A stretch of DNA of 55,777 nt, filler included, from Circinaria calcarea (lineage: Eukaryota): assembly GCA_051942165.1 (NCBI GenBank). It is 5 parts of 5 records of this genome, joined end to end, with 100 filler letters (N's around TTAATTAATTAA, not from the genome) between each part and the next. Parts side by side here need not be neighbours in the genome. Positions count along the whole stretch, not along the records: positions 11,187 to 22,265 come from JAVECS010000715.1; positions 22,366 to 33,439 come from JAVECS010000716.1; 3 more parts are not named here. One strand, given 5' to 3'. Made by a program: the position numbers and the translations under genes. Positions 12,150-23,298 of this stretch are shown here, piece after piece. Positions within the stretch are counted from its first letter, which is position 1, and each line of letters opens with the position of its first letter. Below the pieces are notes generated by a model. It was not told the origin of the DNA. It worked only from the letters and a program-made list of their open reading frames with translations, and searched no databases.

Positions 12150-13229
12150 CTACTCGACTTTGGCCCAAGACGGTGATTCGAGCTGCGGCTGGAGGCCGAC
12201 CATTCTCGCCCGGGCCCACTGATCGAGCTTGTCCCAGTTGGTACATACCCGCTCACTGTTGGTCTTAACGATGGGTTTCCGGTGTTTCTGGAAGTAAGAC
12301 TTTGGTTGCCATTGGTAAGTATACAAAGCAGGATTTGCCGCGCACATTAGCGAGTTGCGAATGGCTTCAATACAGTGATCTAAATGGATGGTCGACGCCT
12401 TAGTTTGAGCAAAAGGAACCAAGGAGGGGCCAACCGGGGAGATTTGGGTCGCTTACCAAGGTGAGATATCTCGTACGCCGTCTCCGAGCCATTCAGGTTG
12501 GGGTAGTAACGGTCCTTGTGAAGGTATAGCTTGATGCGACGCTTGAGAAATGGGTCAGTGATGTTGGCGGAAGGAGCTTAAAGGATGATTTACCAGGCAG
12601 TGCAGTTCATGCCCTACTCCGAGAGAGCCCATGTATCCGCCTCCTTCGAGGCGTACCGAATTATCGGGATCCTCGCCACCCAACGCCATCTCATCATAAG
12701 AGACTCGGATGAGTGCAGCTGCGCCTGATATCAATACGGTACTAAGACTCTGCCAAAGAACTCATACGCGTTACTAAATTAAGCCAGGCATTATCTTGGT
12801 CGTCCGATGGTGGACCTGCAAAAACCTCCGGATTTTCGGTAGCGTGCTTCTTCTGGGTCTGAAATTGGAGGGCGCTCCTTGCTGGCGCTTTGGGTTTGTC
12901 AGCCCTGAAACAGCTGGGCAGGTTCGTCCTCAAGCCAACCAAAGGAGTTTATACATACTGTATGGAAAGAAGGTCTGGTATAATTGGTGATTTCCCCGAG
13001 TAGTCGTCACAACTATGAAAAAGAGGGATCCGGCAACATAAAAGGCCAGAATCAACGTGACAACAGAGTAGCAGAAACGACGGAGGGACCTATTAGAGCG
13101 GGTCTGTGGCCCTCTTGCACTGTCGAAGTAAAGGTCATCAACAGAATCCAACGAAGAATCCCGTTCTGACACGAGGCCAGTTTTTGGAAGACCATTGTCA
13201 AGTATTGCAGTATACTTGTGGTCGTCCAT
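12150..13229 (-). CDS. Second UstYa-like / DUF3328 oxidase (multi-exon)
   Basis: Start 'MDDHKYTAIL', TM anchor, 'FAGPPSDDQDNAW', 'GVGHELHCL' (near 12595-12620), 'HLDHCIEAIRNSLMC', 'CTNWDKLDQWA'. Confidence 0.92.
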
Positions 13230-13853
13230 ATCGGACAAGGTGATACACTGGGGAGAAAAGGCTGTACGAGATGCTTTAAGATAAGAATTGATGTGTTCGA
13301 GTGCAAAGGAACAATGCACAAGAGGTTAGGGTTCAAGAGGAAAATCAGAAAGGCGATGGTGTTGGAGTATGGAATGAAAATAACGGAGGTATTGAAACGC
13401 TTAAGTTTCCAAACATACCTTACCATGGGTCGACGTCAATGTGCCATTTACTGCTAAGCCTCCTCGTATATGTGCGGACAACTGAATTGTGGGGCTCTCG
13501 CCGGGGCTTCTTCCGGATTGGATAGCTGGTGCATCTCAGCTCCTTTTGTGCAGCGTGATATTGGTATTGGCACGGCACCTCGACATCATGCATGGCAAGC
13601 CTCTCGGGGTAGATTGGGCCCCTTGTGCAAGGATAAGCCCAGTATCATAGGTTGAGCAGAAACGGTCCACAAGGGCTTCGATCCAGCTCTGCTACGCCGG
13701 AAAACAGCGGGAAGACCCAGAAGTGTATTTAGATGGGAGTCGTGCCCATGGGAAAGGTGCCAGATTCCCACCATCTAGTCTCAAGCTCCAACTCATATCC
13801 TCAGCTGTCTTTCCATCAATCTTTGCGCCTTCACAAACTTCGAAACCAGCAGA

Positions 13854-14054
13854 ATGCATATCTACCACCTTATCACCGTCTCCTTGATTGCTTTCCTCAG
13901 CAGCCTTACCATGGCCTTGCCAGTCCCAGCTGACTGTAAGTTAAATCTCTTCGTGAAGGAAAAGGGCTGCGTGCTGACGATAGAAGCTTGCAATGCTGGC
14001 GTTGCTTCAGAAAAGGGACCTTCGACCCTGGCTGGTGTGCAGTGCTTGAAGTGA
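13854..14054 (+). CDS. Small secreted Cys-containing peptide, candidate RiPP precursor (49 aa if spliced)
   Basis: Signal peptide MHIYHLITVSLIAFLSSLTMA; 51-nt intron 13936-13986 (GTAAGT...GCTGAC...AAG); mature part LPVPADSCNAGVASEKGPSTLAGVQCLK. Divergent from the second DUF3328 gene. Confidence 0.7.
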   Translation: MHIYHLITVSLIAFLSSLTMALPVPADCKLNLFVKEKGCVLTIEACNAGVASEKGPSTLAGVQCLK

Positions 14055-14355
14055 TGGATATTAGTTGCTTGCGGGCCATGATTGTATTTCTTTGTTGAGG
14101 GAGGTTGAATCATAGGGTAGTGCAGATAGGGCTTAAGAATGCCATCGAGATGAACAGGTTAGATGGCACTGTGAGACTCACGATGTTCTATAGTGAGATG
14201 CCGGTTGTATTAGCATCCAGTCTTTACCATTGTTTGTTAGTATCAATATTAAGAATAGGAATTCCCCCATGATCAACCAACAGTGATCCTGTGGTGTTTT
14301 GCGCTTAGCGGAGCGGGATTACCATACTCCGTACTGTACAGCACAAACCACTACT

Positions 14356-14394
14356 GCGGGACTTGTCATCCTCTCGCGGGACTTGTCACCCTCT
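14356..14394 (+). repeat. Tandem direct repeat GCGGGACTTGTCAYCCTCT x2
   Basis: Two near-identical 19-mers with 20-nt period. Confidence 0.7.
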
Positions 14395-14667
14395 TCAGTG
14401 ACTTCAGGAAGCCGGATATGAAGGTCTATTTCTCGCGCCTGCTATTTAGTAGTCCCCTAACATTAGTCAATAGTGATGAAAGACGTTTTGGCGCAGTCGA
14501 ATCTATTGTACAAAGCGAGCGAAGTACCACTTGCAAAATGCGAGACCGGGGCTGGCCGGTGCTACAGAATACGAAATACCCTATATCATGCGTTCAACGG
14601 CTTTCGTAATATTAGCAGTTCACACGCCTCATTCCTACATCCAGATGCAGTCACACTGCAGCTTGCA

Positions 14668-14724
14668 AATCCTGCCGCCCGTCATCCTGCGGCTTACAAT
14701 CCTGCCGCCCGCCAAATCCTGCCG
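14668..14724 (+). repeat. Imperfect tandem repeat, ATCCTGC(CGCCCG) core x4
   Basis: AATCCTGCCGCCCG twice plus two partial copies. Confidence 0.6.
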
Positions 14725-15121
14725 TAGTCGTCTTGGGTCGTATTTGAGTTCTAACCTCCATCCACGTGGATTGATATGCAGATCCGCCAAGGGGGGCCCC
14801 TTTGTTGCTGCCTGATTCGACCTTCATTCCATTACCACCCACCTTCATGCGGGAGCCCCAGAAAGGCAGGAGATCGTGCTTCGGAAAACGCCCTCGGAAG
14901 CAAAGGCATGGCCATTGGCCGAGCTTTCGCTAAGACACCCCGTATCAAATGCTGGCCACACATTCGAGGATTAGATGGAATGGATCATGCGCATCTTATT
15001 GTAGTCTATGGCATTTGGCCGTCTACAGTCCGTAGACCACACTACTGCTGATACCGGCAACATCTTTAACTTTCTCTTAAATTATCTTGATCGGGCCCTA
15101 ATATTTGTCATTGTCTATTTC

Positions 15122-17152
15122 CTATCCTCTGATATCAACCTCCACTACTGGTCCCTTGTAGATTTTGCGAGCGTACAAGAAATAGTAGGGGACTGCGAAA
15201 AGGATCACTGCGCCGACCATGAGCGAGCTATAATTCATCGTCGCAGCAGTCGGGTTGGTCGCTGTAGGGAAGAAGCTGAAGATCAATACCACAATCATAT
15301 ATGCACAGCCGAAGATGTTGTTGATCGTCCCAAAAGGCTCAGGGATCCGGAAAGCTCCCCACCTCAGATCACCGTCCATTGTATTTGTCAATGTATCCTG
15401 TGTCAAGGAGGATGGTTTAATGTCTCCCGTAAGTCGGCGGTACAGCAGAAGGCTATTGCCGATCAGGTAGGACGTATACAGGCCGTTGATTGAGAGCGAT
15501 ACCACGTCATTGAATGCTACCGAGGATCCGAGACTGATGAGACTGAGGAGAACAGCAATGATAGCTGTCACACCGATTGAGACGAGAGGAAGCGTACTTC
15601 GAGGCTCAACCTAAGCCCATGGTTATTGAGCAGTCACCATCCGTAGGAGAAGTAGACGACATCAGAATTCCAGCTGACGTGCTGGGCTTACCTTGCTTAA
15701 ATATTTCCAACCCGGAGTTCCTCGGTCACGTGCGAACGACCAGGTCATCCTCGACGCTGTAGCAACGAAGCTAATAGTGGCACAGATATTCAGGATAGTG
15801 ATAAGCGCAGCCATGGTCGACGCCCCCCCTAAAGAGCCTACAGCTTGTTGGAATATCGCCATGAAGGGATATCCAGTCGGCGTGGAAAGGACTGCATCGA
15901 CATCGCCTAAACAGAATAAGGCGGCAACAAGCATCCCAAACCCCAGGCCACCATTGATAAGGATGCTAAAGATTATTGCGCGTGGGACATTCACCGAGGC
16001 ATTCGTAATTTCCTCGGACATCTACACGGTCAGTAAGCATGATGAAGGCCTGCCGCCGGCACAAAAGGGCTTGCCAAATGTTAGAAAAACCTACGTGGAC
16101 TGCACCGTCGGCACCTTGAGTGTACGTTAGTGTTGCCCTTAGACTAAACTTCAATAGCCGCGGGTAACTCACCAAGAAGGCTAAATACCGGTCCCACTAT
16201 TCCAACCATAAATGAGACTCCTTGAGTTTGCCAACCACCTCCATTGTAAAAAAGTGTGAAAACATCGGAAGCTCTCCCATGGGGAGCATAGTAAACCAGC
16301 GGAACCAGAATAGCGAAGAATCCCAGTGTATGTAGAACCAGAATAACGCCTTCGATCTTTGGGAAAAGGGGACTCATGATCGTGTTTACCAGGATTGCAA
16401 CCGTAATTGCGGCCCAATATAGCAAGACGAGTTGCCATGGTTGCGGGCTGTAACTGCCGTTGTTCAAGTTAATCAATCCTTGTATAAGCGTTGCACAAAG
16501 GAAGCCCCCAGAAGCAACAATCGCCTGCCAGCCCACCATTGTCAGCCAGCCTACAGTAGTTAGAGAATAGTTCATATCGGGCAGCGGAGGGGTGAATCGA
16601 CCTATTAGGTAGCTAAGGAATTTACGACTTGAACGAGGGGCCAACATAGAAACCCAGTGATATTGTCCTCCAGCGGTGGGAGCCCTTGATGAAAATGTTA
16701 CCATGTATTATCCAAGCTAGTAGGATGCAGGACGACCTACATGGACGCCAACTCTGCCATTGTCGAAAAGGATGAGGCTGTGCCCAACCACACCAGTAAG
16801 AACCCATAAACCGAACCGGCAAAGCCGCCGTTGGTGAAATTGATGGTGAAAAGGCTATGCCTATACTGAGAGCTGCATCAAAGGTTCAATTTATAGCCAG
16901 CTCACAGTAACACGCCCTCCCATGTTATCATCACTGTACAGCTAAACCCCAGCATCGACAAGAAGCCGAAACTTCGCTGTATTTCATCAGTAGGGGAACA
17001 ACGCACGTGACGCTTTGACGAACCTTTAGTATCGGCTTCTTCCCCAACCGCGTAAGTTCCAAGTCATCACGGTCTTTGCGAGAGCGTTCAGAAGGCAGCT
17101 CCGTGTAGGCTACCGTTTCGTCAAGAGATTTGAGTGCTACAGCTTCTGCCAT
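15122..17152 (-). CDS. APC-superfamily amino acid/choline/GABA permease (multi-exon)
   Basis: 'LTRLGKKPILK', 'APTAGGQYHWVSMLAP', 'GADGAVHMSEEITNAS', 'SRMTWSFARDRG', 'MNYSSLMVG'. Confidence 0.92.
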
Positions 17153-17909
17153 GATTGAACGTGATAGAAATAGAGTCGTAAAGCCAGGAGTAGAAACCAA
17201 AGGCTTTCTAGCAATTAGAGTAGAAGATGGCCAACTCTAAGGGACGAACTGATGACTCGGACGAAGAAGCAAGAGATGGATGAACTGAAATCCAACCTTT
17301 GCGCAGAGAAACAGGTGCCACCATACCTAAGCTCAGCTGCCCCGGCATCATGTCAACCAGGGTGATTGCAGTGCTCCTTTTTGGACAAGCAGAGAGCCCG
17401 AGATAATCGCAATACGGAGTAATGTTGCATAAAACACGGTACACTTTTGCTAGATACCTACCCGAGCCAATCAGACCTTGCTCTATCCGAGAACATACAT
17501 TCCACGCCGCATGTTGTGTTTGAATGCAGGAAAATGGAATCAGCATGCATTCATACGCAGCATGTTCTCTTGGCAGGACACCGAACGGAAGGTGGTATGA
17601 AGCACAATGGCCTCCAGGGTTGCCTAAGCGGCCGCCGCAAGGGAGCTCTAACACGAGATGATGGAGCATGTAGACGGGGCTACCGGCATGTTGTCCGAGT
17701 TGAGTAGTCTCTTGGCAAACCTCAACGGCCTCTTTGGTTACACCCTTTCGTGATGCCTTGTTCACCGAGGAAAGGGGGGGGAAACCCTCTTTCTCTCCTA
17801 GCATGGCTTTGTTACCTCTTTTCAACGACTGCAATGCTACTGCAATTCCCCAGACTTCAACTAGGTACTTTACAACCAGCCCGTCAGGTCTGCTTGAACT
17901 TAACCAAGG

Positions 17910-19216
17910 ATGGCTTCAACTTTCGCGTCTCCTTCACAGCCTGTCGATTCCCCCAATAACCATACATCTCTACTCAATGTCACAAGCTGGTTCCTCACAA
18001 TCGCAACTGTTCTCGTTGTACTCACCCGCTGCGGTACACGTTGGGCCATATCTCGGTCTACGGGAGTGGATGATGTGCTGATTTTCATATCAATGGTTAG
18101 TATAATGTGATTCCAGTCCATCTACGCAGTTCTAAAACTATGCGGAAGTTATTCGCAATTGGTACCAACGTCTCGTTGACGATTGGGGTTCATAACGGAC
18201 TTGGCCGTCTAGACTGGAAAGCCGGGTCTGAATCCCAGCAAAACAGCTTGCAAAAGGTATGCTCGGGTCGACATACATGGGGAATCGTGTTTCGCTGATA
18301 CAAGAAGGCGATATATACGTTCAATATCCTATCTATGATGAGTCAGTCTCTTGCAAAGATCTCGATCATAGCATTTATTCGAAACATCACGCCGGCTAGC
18401 TTACATCGTACTATGACCTTGGTCCTATTCGCTGTAACGGTTCTCTGGACTCTGACTGCTGTATTGGGTCTTGCATTTCAATGCCATATTCCACGGACTT
18501 GGGACTTCCTCAATAATACTTGCATCCACCGTGTTGCTTTTTTTAGCTATGTTGAGGCATCTAATGCATTTCTCGAGGCTATACTCATCATTTCACTTAT
18601 TGCTATCGCGTGGAATCTACAGCTGAAACTGAAGCCAAAATTGATTATTATCGGCTGCTTTTCCACTCGCGTGCTGTGAGTTACCCTTTTTCCCCACGAT
18701 CGGGACTTGAACTAAACGTTCTTCAGGGTGATTGCAGCTATTGTTGTTCAATTAGCAATTATCCATGAGAAATCGGGGACCGGAGAACCATTTTTGTTCT
18801 GGTCATTTATTGTTGCAACGTCGGTCTTGCAATGCTTGGCTATCATTACAGCATGTGTACCGTACCTAAAGCCGTTTCTTCAGAGCCTGAATTCCGGCAT
18901 GATTGGCAACGATGATATTCGCCGCCGCGGTGGCGACATCTCTCAGAAGAACGGCTACAATTTCAAGAAGGCAAGTAAAAAGATTCTTCGGAGCCTAGGG
19001 ACAGATAGCACAATCTCTATCTCGCCCGATACTCACTCTAAAGCACCACTCGAGTTGAAGGGGATGCCTGTAAACCAGTACAGCCAAGGACGGACCGAGG
19101 CGTTTGTGAGAGCTGAGCGGAATGAGTTGCAAGATGGGGAGTGGGATGTAGGCAGTCAAACCAGCACGTCCCGATTCATTCATCAAACACAGACATACAC
19201 TGTAGGAACTGAATGA
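17910..19216 (+). CDS. PTH11-like / fungal rhodopsin-domain integral membrane protein
   Basis: 'VLTR...GVDDVLIFISM', 'LAKISII', 'AFQCHIPRTWD', 'LAIITACVPYLKPFL'; four exons. Confidence 0.85.
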
Positions 19217-20315
19217 AGACGATGGGAATGGAGCCGGCTGGTAGACGAAAGGTGGCTAAACCGACAGACAGCGGTATTCTTAGGCTAGAATTAATGGGCC
19301 CCTCGCCACCGCTGATAATGTAATACTTGACGATTTGCTTGTCTCATCCGCCTTGTCCCAGGCAGGCGTCAGCCTCGTTCTTCGCATGCATGGGCAAAAG
19401 CCAGAAGAGATACTCCTTTGTCCTCGCGTATTTTTGCCCGATCTGGGAAGTAGGAAGACTGCTTTTCAGTCTGTCATACTTTCTCGCGGCGGGTGCCTTG
19501 GGGGCTGCTGGTCAACCCGTCCAATTATCAAGAAGGTGTTCTCAACGGAGAACGCTGATCGGCACTGAGAGCCCATGGTAAGCTGCATGTTAGGAACTCA
19601 AGCGATACAAACGGTCAGCCCACGGCTGAGCGAAGGGGGTCGGTCATGCTGTACTTCGCCAAGAAGAAACATGTTCTTAGGGTAGATCTAAGGGGCGAAC
19701 ATTTGTGTGTCCCGAGGGAGCATGAAGTATGCATCGGGAGGACTGCTGCGAGGGGCAAGGTGAGCATTCGTGTCAATGCAAGATAACCAGGAAGAAGACG
19801 GAGGCAGTTAAATGGAGATGGTAGGCTGCGGTTAGTTACACCTGAAACGCCTCAATGCATTAGCGTAGATAATAGTTAATGCGGCCCGAGCCTTTGGATG
19901 ACTTGCACAGCTGGTGGTAAATCAATGCGCCTCAATCCTTAAGCCCACTAATCCATGCGCGTATATATTGCTCGCATGATCGGCTTCCTTATTCACCGCC
20001 CTTACATGCAGTATGCGGGGGCGTTCGGTGTTACAGGACAGTAGCTTTCCTGGGGTAAAGGCGTTGCTGAGCCTTAAACTTGCACTGCATAAGGTTACAT
20101 TCAACGGTTTGTTTGTACTAGGCCACTCAGTTGTAGCGAGCGAACAAGACCGAGTTCTGTTTGATCCATATTTTAATACCATTAAGACAGTAAAATACAA
20201 TCAATATTATATACCGCTTTTCGTAAGGTGAACCGTCGACTCTTCTTCCTACCCAGATCAGACTTTTTCTCAGACTTCATTCTCTACTCAGCACGCCAAA
20301 TATCACCTTTCCAGC

Positions 20316-21205
20316 ATGGCTTTGCAACTGGCAGAGGTTCAAGAGGAAAAGGAGTTCGCCGACGTGGTTGTTGTTGAGCACGAAGCTTACAGTAAACCCT
20401 TCAACAGCCTGTGGGAGGTCCTCAAAGGCCCCAGTATCGCCGAGTGCACCGCACGACAATGGTCCTGGCACGCCGCCATGCCGAACAGCCACTGGCTCAA
20501 GGTGACTGACAACAAGACTGGAGAGGTCGTTGGTGCTGCCGAATGGATCGTTCACAAAGAAAACCCTTTTGCCAAACCACCGGAACCTTTGACTGCAACC
20601 TGGTGGCCTGAAGGCAAGCCGCACTACTAAGGCTCTGCTATTAGAATGGATTGCTAATCGATGGTATAGGTGAGCTGAAGGACATCTCGAATCAGCTGAT
20701 CACACAATTCATGGCCGGTCGTCCACCTCGCATGAATCGTCCTCATCTTCGTAAGTTACGACCTCATGATCCAACCCATCTCCACTATATTCATTGTCTG
20801 CTCTCGAAGCAACTTGAAGCGCCATCGTCCCCGTCTTTGAGAAGGTACACAGGCTAAGAATATCTCGTCATTCATATAGTGATCCAATATTGCTTTGTAT
20901 CTTCTCAGCATCGTCGTCGTGGTGCTGGGCACTTACTGATGGAATGGGGCTGTAAGCTCGCGGACGAGATGGGTTTGGAAGCGTTTGTGGAGTCAACGGA
21001 GGATGGGAAAGCGCTTTACGAAGCTCACGGATTTCATGCCGTCAATCCTTTCTACCTCCACGCGGATACGAAAGACCCCAGCGATGAATGGAAGGCCCTC
21101 AAGGAAGAAATTACACCAGAACCATACTGCGTGTGGTTCATGTGGAGGCCGAAGGGTGGGATTTTCGAACCCGGCAAGACGGTCTACTCGTGGGAGGAGA
21201 AGTAG
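20316..21205 (+). CDS. GNAT family N-acetyltransferase
   Basis: Acetyl-CoA motif A 'FVSSQHRRRGAGHLLMEWG' and 'ESTEDGKALYEAHGF'; three exons. Confidence 0.88.
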
Positions 21206-21823
21206 ATATGAGAGAGGGACTAAATAGTCAGCATAAATAGACGTAGCTAGAGAATGTAGCCATGAGTTTGATTTGCAGATATACAGTTCCTGCTTCCCCC
21301 AAGTGAATATGAAGCAGCCGGCAGGCTGTGCTCAATCAACCAACCACATCAGCTTCTCCCCAAAACCTTTTCCCCTACAAGACCATAAAAGAACTACTCT
21401 GCATCAATCCGCCAGTACACACACAAGGATCCTAGGATCATCGTCTCGAAACCTAGCGAATAAAGCTACTATAAGCTTAGGGTCGGCGTCTAAATGTAAG
21501 GCCGTAGAGCACTTTACTTGAAAAGTATCTATGGCTAAGGTATGTGGTAATGTGAGGCACGGGCAATACGATGGCTATACGCAGTATGTGCGAGAACTAA
21601 TCATTATAGAAAAAGAAGTGTGCGAGTGAAAGGTATTCACTATACACCAAGACACCAATTAAACGAGGTATCGCCACCCCCTAACCGTAGAGCCTGACAC
21701 TAAAGTGTAAGGATTCTTTGCGAATAATATAATGATCTTATAATAAGGGTCGGTAAATTGTGTGATAATGAGCTCAATGGGTTCGCGTGAGCGTATGAAT
21801 TATTATTAAGGAATTCTGGTGTA

Positions 21824-22265
21824 CTAGTGCGGACCACCGATTCGCATTCACTAGCGATTCGCAACTCCCAAACCTAAAATCTTTCCGAAACTTTATTTAA
21901 TTCTTTCATGCACACCTAATTTCAGTACAACCACAAGTAAAATCATGGCATAAAACGAGGCAAATACTTAACCCATAGAGGACAGAATCAAACATACGAT
22001 CAATTCAGCTGGCGAAGGCACGTACCCAAGTCTAAAATCAACTGCAATGGGCGGAGGCTTATTGAATTAAATAAAGCACAGCGGTCAGCAGAATTTCAGG
22101 CTAAAAATAACCTGAATATATTGAAAGCAGTTGGAAAGGAAACAGCGAAGGCTGGCAAAAAGCTATAATAATTTATAAATTCGCAGCGCAGCGAAATACG
22201 TGTAATTGGCAACGAAATAATAAAACGCGTAATTACTTAGGAGCGTATTACGTATAATTTATATA
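21824..22265 (+). mobile_element. Degenerate pogo/Fot1-like DNA transposon 5' end
   Basis: TIR-like start with internal repeat CGATTCGCA x2, followed by a stop-interrupted 'MA*NEANT*PIEDRIKHTINS...YPSLK' resembling a Fot1 transposase N-terminal HTH; TpA-rich; runs into the contig end. Confidence 0.45.
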
Positions 22266-22365
22266 NNNNNNNNNNNNNNNNNNNNNNNNNNNNNNNNNNN
22301 NNNNNNNNNTTAATTAATTAANNNNNNNNNNNNNNNNNNNNNNNNNNNNNNNNNNNNNNNNNNNN
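22266..22365. other. Artificial contig spacer
   Basis: N44-TTAATTAATTAA-N44. Confidence 0.97.
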
Positions 22366-23298
22366 TACGGTGAAGGATTTGGTGAGAGATGTGGAGAAAA
22401 TATACAGGAAGTTGAATCAACCTAAATAAGGAGTTTGGAAAGAATGGGAAGGGTTTTTTAGATTGGCGTTGGGAGGCAGTATGGGAACTTGGTTTCTCTT
22501 TCCTCAAAATTTATATACCCAATTTCATGGTATATACAACAACCATTCACCTCGAAGTCACGCCCCCAATTCGAGTTTTAAAAATCCCCCTCCTCGGCAC
22601 CAATTTACCCCCGCAAAGAAAGAAAACCCCCACCAGCAAGAGCTACCCTATCCCTCCCGACACCAAACCTCCTCGGACCTTTTTTTCTCTCTCTCTTTAA
22701 TAAGAAATCGCAAAGATCCACCCCCGGGAGGGGGAAGGGGGGGGGCCGCAGCGCCGAAATTTTAATAAGTGAAGCGAAGCGAAGCGAAGAGAGAAGATAG
22801 AAAATTCTGCTTCTGCTTCTGCTCTTGCTGGGAGCTGGTGGTGCTGGTGCTGGTGGAGTTATATTTTGATATGATATGGCGAGTAGAAGGGTAAAGGGGA
22901 AAAAGAAAGGGCTTGTTGTGAAAGAAGTGGGGGAAGGGGCCGGTATCGGAGAGAGAAAGAGAGGGGTGGGAAGATGAAGAATAAAAACTGAACCGAAAGG
23001 AATCACAGGTACTCAAGAGAATTAATTGTAAGCATGATATGACTGATCCCTTAATGTAAAAGGGTGTGTGGTATTACCGCCACAATTCCATAAAACTAAA
23101 ATGTAGACAAGGCAACTAACTAACCATACACCAATCACCGTAACCCTATACCATTTTGCCTCCAACTCCAAAGTGATCCACCCAACATATACACTGGATT
23201 CTAAGAGAAACTCCCACCGCCATGCAACAAAATAATTCATTAATCAAGCCCCCCTCGCCCGCCAAACGAACCCTCTCGTCTAGCATTCTTTCATATAC

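Noticed and set aside
6209..14054. One large RiPP cluster with two DUF3328 genes and two precursors
   Set aside because: It spans an artificial spacer between size-sorted contigs, so physical linkage is unsupported.
14356..14724. CRISPR-like array
   Set aside because: Eukaryotic DNA, too few units, no regular unique spacers and no cas genes.
22366..23016. ORFs and simple repeats (GAAGC, CTTCTG, GGTGCT) after spacer 2
   Set aside because: Low-complexity, likely low-quality contig-end sequence; no coherent gene.
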